64,000 nucleotides of DNA from Antedon mediterranea (lineage: Eukaryota; Animalia; Echinodermata). The stretch spans positions 17,670,001 through 17,734,000 of the forward strand of contig NC_092671.1 of NCBI RefSeq assembly GCF_964355755.1. The letters are read 5' to 3'. Shown here in pieces: positions 54,601 through 63,222 of the stretch; position 1 is the stretch's first letter; the number at the start of each line of letters is the position of its first letter. The position numbers and the translations under genes were made by a program. The notes beneath the pieces were generated by a model that saw only the letters and a program-made list of their open reading frames with translations, was not told where the DNA came from and did not search any database.

Positions 54601-57600
54601 CGTCGTTTTTTCCAAAGGGTAGGGATATTGTCAAATTTTCAGGGATATTGTCCAATTTCAATAGATATTGTATGATTTCCAGAGATATTGTCAAATTTTC
54701 AGGGATATTGTATGAGTTTTAGCCACTTTTGCATTGGTTTGTCATGCACGTTATACACAAGGAAGCTTGGGAGTATATTTGTTTTCAATTTTATGATTTA
54801 TTTTCCAACAATGATTAAAAAGCTAATTAAAAATCATGCAGTCGTGCGCTACTTTCAAAGTGTGTGGTGTTCCCAACATAGTGTGTTTATTTGTGAATAG
54901 TATAGTTACGTATAATTTGGTTTTTTTTTCTAGATGCCAATTAAATGGTTAGCACTCGAATGCATCATGACAAGAAAGTTCACACACAAAAGTGATGTTT
55001 GGAGCTTTGGTTAGTTAATCATTAAAAACGTATACAATTTCCAAATATATAAATGTAGTTCAGGGGTCTTATTGCAGAAGATCAATTATTACCTACAGTG
55101 TTTAATGGTGGAAAGTTATACTCTGGCCGGTACATGACTGAGTCATTTTTAAGTGATTGTTAAAATGATCCTCATTACTAAAAGTTGGTATACACCAGTG
55201 GCAGATCCATGATTTTGAAATAGGCTAAGCTTAATTATTGTCCTATCTATGTAAACTTTAGGGTGAGCCCGGGCTGGCTGGGCCCCCCTTGGATCTGCCC
55301 CTGTACACTTTCATTAATGTTGGGCATCTTGAATTCTTGTCTTGCGTTTTCATAAGGTTTTCCTTATCTTCTTAAGTATGCTTCTCCGTATTATCATTAT
55401 AATTCACTGTAAAACTCTATGCTAGTCTTACAAAGGTTCTTTATAACTTTGCTTAATTTATTATATATAATAATTTAAAATGTTGATAATTATGGACCAT
55501 TCACAGAATAAAAAGATGTTTTTAATTAATTTTGTTTAGGTGTCACACTTTGGGAATTAATGACATTTGGTCAGAAGCCATATGAGCATGTGAGGGCACG
55601 TGACATGCCAGGGATCTTGGAAAGAGGTGAAAGGTTAACTCAGCCACCGATTTGTACAATAGATATCTATATGCTCATGGTAAAATGTAAGTTATATGAT
55701 CTTGAAGAGTTAAGTTAAGTTAAAAACTACTGTGATTCAGAAGGCATGCCTTCTTGTAAACATACAGTCATACTAGCGGAATCTGACAAATTCATAATCC
55801 TAATATCTTTTTCTGCCAACAATTGGAAAACATTACATTAATAATAAATAATATTATTGTTTGTTTTCTAGGTTGGCTTTTGGATCCTGAGAGCAGACCA
55901 CAATTTAAACAACTTTCAGATGAACTAGACAGAATGGCAAAAGATCCATCACGTTATCTTGTTGTACAGGTGAGTAGGAACAGAGTTTCCATCCACCCAC
56001 TTTATTTTTAGATATTATTAAGTAGTTAGCATTAAATTATATGTTAACAATATTTGAGTATAGGATCAACTTTGACATACTGTACAATAATAATATTGGT
56101 GATAAGCACATGATCCTACAAGAATATAGCAACAGTATAATAGTTGTGTTTGTGTTTTAAATCAAGCCTAGCTGATAATCGAATTGTTTTAGTCGGACCT
56201 ATACATACTAAGTATGAGTCATGTTAATAATGTTTATAATAATAAACTAATTTATATTCATCACATTAATGTTTAGAATGATGGCCACCAAACTCTTCCA
56301 ATGACAAACAAGGATGATTTTTACAAGAGTCTTTTAATTGACGGAGGTGAAGCGGATCCCGACTTGTTCATGGATGCTGATGATTACCTACAACCTAGTG
56401 TTTGTACCACTGATCCTGCGTATCGATTCCCTGAGGTGGAAGATGTTTTTGATGAAGTAAGTTATATGGGTGTCAGCAGGTCAGGGAGGTGATGGAGCAA
56501 ATGAGTGAGTGGTCGAGCGTTTAAGACAGTGGAACCGTAATTACGTAGCCCTAGCATGGCAAGTGTTCAAGGCTCACTCGCTCCATGGTTCTGGTGGTAG
56601 AATGAGTCTTATTGGATAAGGACTATAAAACCAAAACCGTAGGTCCAGTATACACATCTAGCTCATGTGCACTTTAATGAACCTAGTACATTTTTCGAGA
56701 TGAGTAGGGGAATGCCCTTGTGTACTAGTACATTACAACCATTGATCATAACTGGGTCCTCTGGGAGAACAGTCTTTGAATGAAGAGGTCGCCCAGTATA
56801 AATAAATATTAACAAACAAATAACAATTTGATTGAAAGAAACGGCTACTTTGCATCAGACATTTATTTTTATTTTTGGAGAAACAAAATTGTTTATTAAT
56901 CATCATATTCTCGTTATTGTTGTATTGCCAGATAAAAGTATACTTTCTTTCAATAATTTTTTCTTTAGAATCGGGACTATTTAAATGATGCAGTAACTTT
57001 CTCCAGCCCACCTTCATCAGCTGTTAGCTACAAACACAAGGGCTTCCCACGCACTTCCACTGCCAGCCTCGGCAGATACTCCCAAGATCCAACAGTAGCG
57101 AGTCATTTACACAGACAGAGAAGTAATGTTAGTCAGAGAAGCAATGCAAGAAGTAAGTTACAATAATAGCTGCTTAAAAAATGCTTGCTTTATTAACTTG
57201 GATAAAAGCTACGTGCAAAACAAATCAAATAATGTTAATCAGTTGTTTATCTGAACTCTGACCTATCCATCCCAAATCCTAATGTAAAATCGATGTAACA
57301 GGTAATTATTATTATTTCCTACCATTGAAATAAATATTTAAAAATAAATATTAAATCTTCTAAATAAAATATGATTTAGTCAATTTCTGATTTACATTAT
57401 TTTTCTTGTGTGCAGTATTTTGGGCATGTGGTTTGTTAATTGTATACTAGGACATGTTAAATTAAAAATAATTGTATGTACCTATAGATACTGTACTGAC
57501 TGGTTAATTTTTTATAAATGTCAATGGGGGGATTACCTCTTTTTTTGTATATTACAGCAGATATCATTTAGCATGAAAAGTACTCATATATGGAGGTGGG

Positions 57601-60600
57601 CTTCAATCATGCTTGAATGGGGTTGTAGCATAGACATTTCAGATATACCATATTTACCTGTGCCAAAGATTCTTTTCTAAAGCTCAATTATTTTAATCAA
57701 TAGGGATTGCATTTATACGATTTTAAAGACATGTCCCCTATGTTTTTTCCATCTAATTTAAGGTCACGAACTGCATTTTATAAACAATTTCAAATCGCAA
57801 TAATTTTTTTCGCCTTTAAACAGTCAAAATGTGAAATATAAGTTGATTCTAATAGTTTAAGCGGCCCGCTATAAATACCAGCATGCATTGTGCAAGGATT
57901 GATATTTTAGTTTTCCTTCTGTGATTCTCCCACTTCGATCGATCATGAAGGCCAAGCAAATGGAAGATCGTAACTTTTCAGTCATAAAACGTGTCTTCCT
58001 TCAATTTGTTTTAACGGATTAAGAGCAAAAATGCCATAATTCAACCCAGAGCTAATAGAATCAAATACAGCCGGAATTTTTTTTAATTTATGTTTTTGCT
58101 TTTTAATGTACTACATATGTTGTCTATTGACTTATTTAGTTGTAATAACTTGTGTATGGTCTTTTCAATATGTGGTCATTCATTATCATAATGCATGTAG
58201 CATTAAAATGGGGTAGACTTACTATTTTATACTATCTGGAACTGAATTAGTTGTACTTTTCTAATTACGTGTTCTGTAAACCAAGCTCTGCTTTCTCTTT
58301 TTTTATACATACAGTATAACCCCTCTTGTGGATCAAAAACCCTCTCATGTAAAATAACCTATTCTAGGGACAACACTATTGAGGGGCATTGCATTAAAAG
58401 GTCACTCCACTTCATGTGTACCATAAACTGTAACAAACAATCAAGCAAATTGCATAAAATACAAGTTTTATGTACTATTCTAAAGTTAATCATTAAAATA
58501 GATAATACAAGATAAACAGTTTATTTACTTATTCAACATTAACTGACATTTCATTTCATTTATTTTGTCTCATAAAAATACAATATAAAAAAACATGGAT
58601 ATGAACAAGAACAAGAAAACATCCCACAAAACCAGGCAGAGACAGGATTCCTAAAAAGCGAACTTAATCACTATCTAGTAGGTCTCCTATTGCACTGATT
58701 GTATAAAAAACATTTAGAATAAAATTTGTATTAAACATTAAAATTGCATATAATACTATATTAAAATAAATTAAAATATATTGCAATTAACTGACATCTA
58801 GGCTGTCTGGAGGGATGTAGGTGGGGTGGCGGTGGTCAAGGGTGCACCCCCTTTTTTTGCTGAAGCTTCGATTGTTTCAGACTAGAGATGAACAGCGAAA
58901 GTATAATAAATAGGCTAATAGCCTAGTTCATGACAATTTTTGCCCTTTTTATAACAAAACTACTGGCTGTGGCTTGCCACCCATTGATCAAAGAGTACAG
59001 TACAATTAATTATATTTTTATAATAATTCAGTATATGTTTGATTTCATTTGGTTGTTGTGTCATATGAGGAGTAATCGTTTTCATTGGTTGTCACATTCA
59101 TTTTTCTTCATAATATATATTGGCTGGTTTTTGTGTAAAAACCATTTATGACATAGAATCATTCCAATGTATTTCATCATTAAAATATTCCTACGTTTGT
59201 AAAAATTTATTCAGATTTAATATCATGCCATTTATAGTAGATGTGTTCTCATTTTGTGTCCAAAGTAGAATATCATGCCATCATTTAGTCCCGTATATTT
59301 TCATTATTGTAGTATAGAACGCACCATCATCTATCCCATTCTCTGATAAGTATATTGAAACTCTCTATTTTATCACAGAGATTTGCTATCTTTTTCAGAG
59401 TTGTTAGAAAGTATGTCTAAATTAACAGCCCGTAGATTACCAGAACTATATAACCCTAAAAATTTAGAAAAAGAAGCGCTGGCTGGCCAACCATCAAAAA
59501 TGGTGGAGAGAACGTCAATCTCGAATCTCTCATCAACTGTTCAGGACGTAGAAGAGCCACGTATGTTGTTGATGTTTAACATACTGTTACGTTCATCTGT
59601 TTATTTCTTGTTTATTCAGATTTATTATAAAACATCATTTGTCATTCCGTACACATCCCTGCAATTTGATTTTGTTTTACAACATCCATGTTGGATCATG
59701 TTTGAAGATCACCTTGAGACCATGTTTCTTCTGCAGACAACAGCTTTCTTGATTGATGTACGAGTCTATTTTTGATTTTGATCATGTAATCCGTTTGTTG
59801 GGATTAAGATTATTCAGGTAGAGAAAGTAAGATCATGGAAGTGTGGGTAATTTCACATTTTTTGGTGTAACACAAACTCCCTTGGGCAAATACTTCACAA
59901 TGTCTGCTCTTCTGGAAAGTTTGATTTTTGAAATGCATCCTAAAACAAAAAAAACATTATTATTGAAGTTACATAATTTTCCAGTAAATTTTTTTGGTTT
60001 ATTTTATTTGTATTTTATTTAATGCACAACCAACACCTTCACTAACAGACGGAGATAAAACAAAACAAAACATTAAACTTTAACAATTTTAGATCAAAAC
60101 GAATAAAAATACTAAACAATATAACATCATTTATTTATTTTCACTCACTATTTATCATTTACACATTGAACAGAGGAAAACCAACCACAAACAGAATGGA
60201 TTAAAAAAATATATAAAACTAATAATATTAAAATATTAACAAGCAGAGAATAAATTATAAACTGATCTGTGATATACTGAAAATAAATAAATAAATTAAT
60301 TTGAAACGATAAAGATGAGGAAATCTGAGAGAGAGAAAAATACATCATATCATTGCATTAAAACTGTCAGAATGGGTTAATAGAAAGATAAGATTTTTAT
60401 TGTATATCGTAACATAGACAGTGAAGAACAAATATTAATAGAGAATTACAGGTCCATCCAACCTCTTGGAACTATCTTGGAGGTTTTAGTAATACACAAA
60501 TGAAAAATATATGTAATAGCACAAATTTTAATTCTACACATCCAAAACATTCAGATAATAACTGCTTTATGCATCCAATACAAAATATAATGCAATACCA

Positions 60601-63222
60601 CTTTTAATTGTTGGTTTAAGATGATTATTATTTCTAATATATGGACTATTTGCCGTAAGACATACTAATGCCATCACAGGATAGGATTTGCATCATTAAT
60701 GCTCTATCTTTAAATACTGTTTGCTTCGGGATTTATTGACGAAATGTTGTGATGCAAGTTGTTGGTCATAATTATAGCGTATGTGTTTGGCCTTTACGTA
60801 ATTATCAAAACAGATTATTATTTGTGAGCATTTTTTTTTGTGGTTGTGAACATTCACACTTGGCAAATCAAAAAAAATGATGGCTGATAAGTTTGAAAAA
60901 ATCAATGTAGGCTACTGTCTTGAAAGAATGTAGAAAGAAATGAACATTTCACAATTATGTTTGTTTTTAATAAAAAATATTTACGCTTAATAAACAAAAC
61001 CCTTAGGGTGGTCTATGTCTGGTAATTTTAAGTTTTTATGATATTAATACTATTACTTTATTTTTATTATTATTGGAAACTTTTTTTCAGTATGAATATA
61101 GTCATTTTGCCGTACTTGTTATTACAAATTGAATTAACTAAATAAGAATTATTTCAATTTCAATATTGTAATAATATATTTTAAGAGGCCTACTATTAAT
61201 AGGCAGCGTATAAATACAGTTGGGAATTTTAGTGGGGGAAGTAATTACAATGAGAGGAAATTACTAATTAATTATGAGTTGGATGTGATATTATTTATAG
61301 GAAAGGTATAAGGTATAGTAAATCAAACAAGTTTATTTTAAAACCTTATTATTTTTATTAATTTATTATTATTGTATTGTGGTAATTTTGTATTTGTTGT
61401 TTTAATCATTAATATTGTTGTTTACTATTAGTAGTTGTTGTTGAGTGATATTATTAACAACATTGTTATTTATTATTGTATTCTTGGTAATATAATATTA
61501 ACTAATATTATTGTTTCATTATGTGGTTTTTATTGTTCACACATCTTTCCTCCTCCACTATGTTTTTGTTAACATGAACGGGTTCGTCATTTTTTCTACC
61601 AGATTATTCTCATCCTTCGTCCGATTATCAGCCTTTACATTTTGATAAAAAGTATCAACCGTTAATACGGGCAGAAATAGACGGTGGTCATGGTAAGACA
61701 ACGTTCACGCAAATCGCAATCCAATTTTTTTGTTCCCTTTAGTAATGTTCTAACACTCGATTTAATCTGTCATTTTAGTGTTTCCTTGTTTTAATTTTAC
61801 ATCTGTTTCTACATTGTTTTTAGTTTTTCAAAATAGTTTTGTCTATTTATTTGTTATCGTTTTTTATTTTGTTTGGTTATTAGTATTCCTTTTTTATCAC
61901 TTATTGATAATAATTTTGTTTACAATATACTCTGCTTTTTTTTTACTTCAAATACTCGGTAGAATATATCTCATTCCACATTGTTTTTGTTTTCTTATTT
62001 ATTTTGTAGAAAATATTTAAATGTTAAACTAAATAACCTAACAATTTACGTCATAAGCATTTTTTTTAGTACGTTTTTTTTAATTTCAATATTTTAATTT
62101 CTGTTAAAAACTTTTCATTTCAATTAAATTTTAAAAACTCTTTTCTTTGTAAACTTATTTTTTGATTGTTTGTCTTTATAAGTTATACTTTAATTGCATT
62201 GATAATTCTATTCAGTTTTGTCATTTATATTTGTGTTTTTGAATAGCATGAAACGTGCATGTTTTCTCCCCATGTTTTTGTACTTTTGTTTGCTTCTACT
62301 ATTTATTTTAGGTTTACAAAATATGCTTCATTTATTTTTTTAAACTGGATTTAAATTAACCTCTACTAACACTAAAGCTAATTGTTAATACATGTGTAAC
62401 ATATTTGTAATCTGTAATTGACTGTTACATTTTACCAGGGTACATTCACTTCACTTGCTTGAAAAAAAGCAGTAAAGTCATTGGAGTAAGTTCCTGAATA
62501 TATGATTGGTTGACAAATGATACTCAGGTTTTTCAGCATATAGTAGCTGCCAAAAGAGGGATTTTAGGGTGTCACTGGGAAATCCACCTTTTACCTCCTC
62601 AAAAACACAATTTACTTTCATATTTTGTTTCTTTCAAATTTAAAATTTCAATCAATGATTGTATTCCATATGCATGCTATATTTTAAGCCCAATTATCAA
62701 TTTTGATTTCAATTCATAAAAAATGATCATACCCATGCTTAAATTGATATATTGATGATATTATATTATAGTTTATATTTTTCATTATTTATATTAGGTG
62801 AAGATAATTATGAGAACACACAAACAATAGGAAGCACATCAGGACCTGAGGACTACAAGCCAATAAGGAATGGTCCAACACTAGCAGTTGATAACATGGA
62901 ATATCATGCATTACTACAAAGAAGCCCACCAAGAACAAACCCAAGTGTAATGAATCGCCAAATGAGCACACCCGTTCAACACTCACCTTTGAAATACCCA
63001 CCTGTAAATAATGCAAATTTTACCAGTAGTCAGCCACTTCTGAATGGTCAAGTCGATTATCAGAATTTGAATAATGCCTCATCAGGGCATCAGGACAGTT
63101 TAATAACCCCAAAGCGATCAAGCAGTGTGTCGCAAGCCACGAGTGATGGCTACTTGTCGGAGCATGATTATATGAACAGTTTTGAACCTCCACCAGTCAG
63201 TCCAACGGAATCAACCGTATGA
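12554..63222 (+). CDS. EGFR: Epidermal growth factor receptor (ErbB family receptor tyrosine kinase), multi-exon gene, about 1482 aa using exons 1A, 10a, 19 and 29
   Basis: The exon chain below joins in frame at GT-AG sites (4449 nt including stop). Motifs: [29 protein letters not shown], furin-like Cys repeats, a TM helix, [45 protein letters not shown] and RYSQDPT. Confidence 0.97.
16460..16620. mobile_element. PIF/Harbinger-like MITE
   Basis: TIRs AGCTTGATTCCC / GGGAATCAAACT with TTA on both sides (TSD). Confidence 0.8.
20973..21595 (+). mobile_element. Non-autonomous TTAA-targeting DNA transposon (Kolobok-like), copy 1
   Basis: TTAA TSDs; AG...CT termini; imperfect TIRs AGACCCCTTCCCT / AGGGAATGGGGCT; near-identical inverted copy at 30687-31238. 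Confidence 0.85.
21773..22160 (+). mobile_element. Interspersed repeat, internally deleted relative of 43184-44047
   Basis: Shares TAATTCTGACATAGGCGAGCACAATG...GATGTACCGCAAAACGTAGATTTGATAACATTAG and the 3' end AGTTAGTTTCAAAAGATGTTTAA...GAATAATAATC. Confidence 0.75.
25285..25661. mobile_element. Probable MITE, family shared with 4555-4745
   Basis: AGGGTCTG...CAGGCCCT ends with TAA-like flanks; second partial copy in the window. Confidence 0.5.
28181..28241 (+). CDS. EGFR: Candidate alternative first exon 1B, signal-peptide-like [20 protein letters not shown]
   Basis: ATG, basic residue, hydrophobic core, and a phase-1 donor CAG|GTAAAA that is in frame with exon 2 (gives ...DISACVGT). Confidence 0.45.
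30687..31238 (-). mobile_element. Kolobok-like non-autonomous element, copy 2 (inverted, about 70 bp internal deletion)
   Basis: Reverse complement of 20973-21595; TTAA at 30683-30686 and 31239-31242. Confidence 0.85.
32132..32473 (+). CDS. EGFR: EGFR exon 2, domain I (L1)
   Basis: ttttacag| acceptor; CVGTSTG...[11 protein letters not shown]...[10 protein letters not shown]; G|gtaaat donor. Confidence 0.95.
32825..33195. repeat. Tandem repeat, about 145 bp unit, about 2.5 copies, abutting the exon 3 acceptor
   Basis: ATCATAACATGCATTC recurs at about 32846, 32988 and 33138. Confidence 0.8.
33217..33351 (+). CDS. EGFR: EGFR exon 3, end of L1
   Basis: ccatag|; [27 protein letters not shown]...; T|gtaggt. 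Confidence 0.93.
33691..33753 (+). CDS. EGFR: EGFR exon 4, start of domain II
   Basis: ttgaag|; [21 protein letters not shown]; T|gtaagt; phases 1/1 fit the neighbouring exons. Confidence 0.9.
34242..34360 (+). CDS. EGFR: EGFR exon 5, domain II
   Basis: [40 protein letters not shown]; |gtaagt. Confidence 0.93.
34513..34578 (-). pseudogene. tRNA-derived sequence (tRNA-Pro-like), SINE head or pseudo-tRNA
   Basis: Minus strand reads GGCTCTGTGGTCTAGTGGTATGATACTCGC...GAGGTTGCAAGTTCAAATTCC: A and B boxes present, stems broken. Confidence 0.6.
35105..35246 (+). CDS. EGFR: EGFR exon 6, domain II dimerization arm
   Basis: ttcag|; [47 protein letters not shown]; G|gtaagg. Confidence 0.94.
35746..35847 (+). 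CDS. EGFR: EGFR exon 7, end of domain II
   Basis: attag|; [34 protein letters not shown]; A|gtaagt. Confidence 0.93.
36047..36158 (+). CDS. EGFR: EGFR exon 8, start of domain III (L2)
   Basis: tttag|; [38 protein letters not shown]; GG|gtaagc. Confidence 0.92.
36235..36420 (+). mobile_element. Degenerate tRNA-derived SINE, same family as 56494-56812
   Basis: A box TGGCCAAGTGG; shared GTTCTGGTGGT and AAGGACTATAAA..GTAGGTCCAGTATACACA core. Confidence 0.7.
36775..36939 (+). CDS. EGFR: EGFR exon 9, domain III
   Basis: ttag|; [27 protein letters not shown]...[13 protein letters not shown]; AG|gtaatg (phase 2). Confidence 0.94.
37670..37878 (+). CDS. EGFR: EGFR exon 10a, C-terminal half of domain III (mutually exclusive variant a)
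   Basis: ttttag| phase 2; [40 protein letters not shown]...AETC; A|gtaagt phase 1; 209 nt. Confidence 0.92.
37957..38168 (+). CDS. EGFR: EGFR exon 10b, C-terminal half of domain III (mutually exclusive variant b)
   Basis: ttctag| phase 2; [40 protein letters not shown]...LGNC; A|gtgagt phase 1; 212 nt; open frame. Confidence 0.88.
40057..40320. repeat. Minisatellite, about 30 bp unit (GCTATTGACTGGAGGTGGGAATAACCCCTA-like), about 9 copies
   Basis: Periodic TATTGACT. Confidence 0.9.
41218..41376. mobile_element. Harbinger-like MITE, family of 16460-16620
   Basis: AGCTTGTTTCGCAC...GTGGGAACCAAGCT termini; shared ACCAATCACAAGC core. Confidence 0.7.
42274..42406 (+). CDS. EGFR: EGFR exon 11, domain IV start
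   Basis: [39 protein letters not shown]; GG|gtaagt. Confidence 0.93.
42697..42766 (+). CDS. EGFR: EGFR exon 12, Cys-rich
   Basis: [23 protein letters not shown]; |gtaagt. Confidence 0.92.
42932..43090 (-). mobile_element. SINE 3' fragment, family of 44767-44960
   Basis: Shared ATAATATCCTGGATTTATATAGTGCCTAA...GTGAAACCTCTAAGC...GCTAGTAATCAGCGCAA. Confidence 0.7.
43184..44047 (+). mobile_element. Interspersed repeat, longer copy of the 21773-22160 family
   Basis: Both ends align with the 21.8-22.1 kb copy. Confidence 0.7.
44297..44421 (+). CDS. EGFR: EGFR exon 13, Cys-rich
   Basis: [41 protein letters not shown]; GG|gtaagt. Confidence 0.92.
44430..44673 (-). mobile_element. 5S rRNA-headed retroposon (SINE3-like)
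   Basis: Minus strand begins TACGGCTTTACCACGTTGAAACATCGGTTCTCGTCAGATCACCAAAGTTA, matching the 5' half of animal 5S rRNA, and ends in an (AATAA)n tail; TAAGTAT direct repeats at 44423-44429 and 44674-44680. Confidence 0.8.
44767..44960 (-). mobile_element. CORE-type SINE fragment with (TTA)n tail
   Basis: Minus strand GGCAAGATACTTTAC...CTCCACCCAGGTGTATAAATGGG...AGCGCTTAGAG...CACTATATAAAT...TATTATTATT. Confidence 0.65.
45058..45139 (+). CDS. EGFR: EGFR exon 14, Cys-rich
   Basis: [27 protein letters not shown]; |gtaagt. Confidence 0.88.
45191..45568. mobile_element. PIF/Harbinger-like MITE nested in a GGACAC-family MITE
   Basis: TIRs AGCCGATTTTCCACTAG / CTAGTGGAAAATCAGCT; TAA TSD; host element continues TGTAGAACTCCCATTAA|GGGGACAC. 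Confidence 0.85.
46349..46450 (+). CDS. EGFR: EGFR exon 15, Cys-rich extension
   Basis: ttttag|; [34 protein letters not shown]; |gtaatt. Confidence 0.88.
47120..47365 (+). CDS. EGFR: EGFR exon 16, furin-like repeats
   Basis: [36 protein letters not shown]...[15 protein letters not shown]...; |gtatat. Confidence 0.92.
48157..48452 (+). CDS. EGFR: EGFR exon 17, furin-like repeats and stalk
   Basis: tttcag|; [13 protein letters not shown]...[14 protein letters not shown]...CRSACPSG; AA|gtgagt. Confidence 0.92.
48631..48766 (+). CDS. EGFR: EGFR exon 18, transmembrane helix
   Basis: [30 protein letters not shown] followed by the basic stop-transfer KRKYK; |gtaagt. Confidence 0.93.
48950..49545. 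repeat. Compound (CAT)n/(TAT)n microsatellite with higher-order ATCATGTTATCAACATTACCTTTAAC units
   Basis: Directly visible; explains the His/Ile/Ser-rich spurious ORFs. Confidence 0.92.
50257..50292 (+). CDS. EGFR: EGFR exon 19, 36-nt juxtamembrane exon [12 protein letters not shown]
   Basis: caatag| ... GAG|gtaagg, phases 0/0; supplies the acidic residues before PLTPSG. Confidence 0.8.
50759..50872 (+). CDS. EGFR: EGFR exon 20, JM-B and kinase P-loop
   Basis: [38 protein letters not shown]. Confidence 0.96.
50925..51173 (+). mobile_element. Degenerate truncated copy of the 45191-45568 MITE
   Basis: Shared TAGTTCGAATTGTT, AACCAATCAGAGCTCA, ATGAGCACTCATGC and GCCTAGTGGAAAATC. Confidence 0.75.
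51934..52032 (+). CDS. EGFR: EGFR exon 21, kinase (catalytic Lys)
   Basis: [33 protein letters not shown]; 99 nt, same size as human exon 19. Confidence 0.96.
52257..52442 (+). CDS. EGFR: EGFR exon 22, kinase alphaC and hinge
   Basis: [18 protein letters not shown]...[12 protein letters not shown]...QIAQ; 186 nt. Confidence 0.96.
52723..52878 (+). CDS. EGFR: EGFR exon 23, kinase catalytic and activation loops
   Basis: [22 protein letters not shown]...KITDFGLAK...EYKSDGGK; 156 nt. Confidence 0.97.
52998..54619. mobile_element. 1.6 kb non-autonomous DNA transposon, CCC...GGG termini, TA TSD (CACTA/EnSpm-like)
   Basis: TIRs CCCTTTGGAAAAAA..CGA / TCG.TTTTTTCCAAAGGG; TA on both sides; interrupts a host minisatellite. 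Confidence 0.85.
53475..54100. repeat. Internal tandem array, about 77 bp unit, about 8 copies
   Basis: AAAACGACCAATAACGTACACTATCATAGTTATACAGTAATT...GATCGTCGTATGTTTTCAGTGC repeated. Confidence 0.92.
54620..54718. repeat. About 20 bp minisatellite (GATATTGTCAAATTTTCAGG); its left part is at 52960-52997
   Basis: Periodic GATATTGT on both sides of the 1.6 kb element. Confidence 0.8.
54934..55009 (+). CDS. EGFR: EGFR exon 24, kinase
   Basis: [25 protein letters not shown]; 76 nt. Confidence 0.96.
55196..55303. mobile_element. Small hAT-like MITE with 5-bp TSD
   Basis: TIRs CAGTGGCAGATCC / GGATCTGCCCCTG; TACAC on both sides. Confidence 0.75.
55540..55686 (+). CDS. EGFR: EGFR exon 25, kinase
   Basis: [15 protein letters not shown]...[20 protein letters not shown]; 147 nt. 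Confidence 0.96.
55872..55969 (+). CDS. EGFR: EGFR exon 26, kinase end
   Basis: [33 protein letters not shown]; 98 nt. Confidence 0.96.
56277..56456 (+). CDS. EGFR: EGFR exon 27, proximal C-tail
   Basis: [20 protein letters not shown]...MDADDYLQP (human has DADEYLIP); |gtaagt. Confidence 0.93.
56494..56812 (+). mobile_element. tRNA-derived SINE
   Basis: A box TGGTCGAGCG, B-box-like GTTCAAGGC, conserved-type core GATAAGGACTATAAA..CCGTAGGTCC, A-rich tail; second copy at 36235. Confidence 0.75.
56969..57152 (+). CDS. EGFR: EGFR exon 28, C-tail with Cbl-type site
   Basis: ctttag| phase 0; NRDYLND...GRYSQDPT (human RYSSDPT, Y1045 mature numbering); A|gtaagt phase 1. Confidence 0.88.
57727..58020 (-). 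mobile_element. Old truncated copy of the Kolobok-like family (same orientation as copy 2)
   Basis: GCGGCCCGCTATAAAT, ATGCATTG, CGATCGATC and CAAATGGAAGA match 30687-31000. Confidence 0.75.
61603..61692 (+). CDS. EGFR: EGFR exon 29, candidate 90-nt cassette exon in the C-tail
   Basis: ttttttctaccag| phase 1; [29 protein letters not shown]; G|gtaaga phase 1; GC-richer island in very AT-rich surroundings. Confidence 0.7.
62798..63222 (+). CDS. EGFR: EGFR terminal exon, tyrosine docking tail ending ESTV-stop
   Basis: attag| phase 1; YENT, DNMEY, YQNL and YMNS motifs; TGA at 63220-63222. Confidence 0.9.

Noticed and set aside
59383-59775. 130-aa plus-strand ORF as an extra EGFR tail exon
   Set aside because: TTG start, no EGFR-like motifs, and no phase-1/phase-1 splice pair identified.
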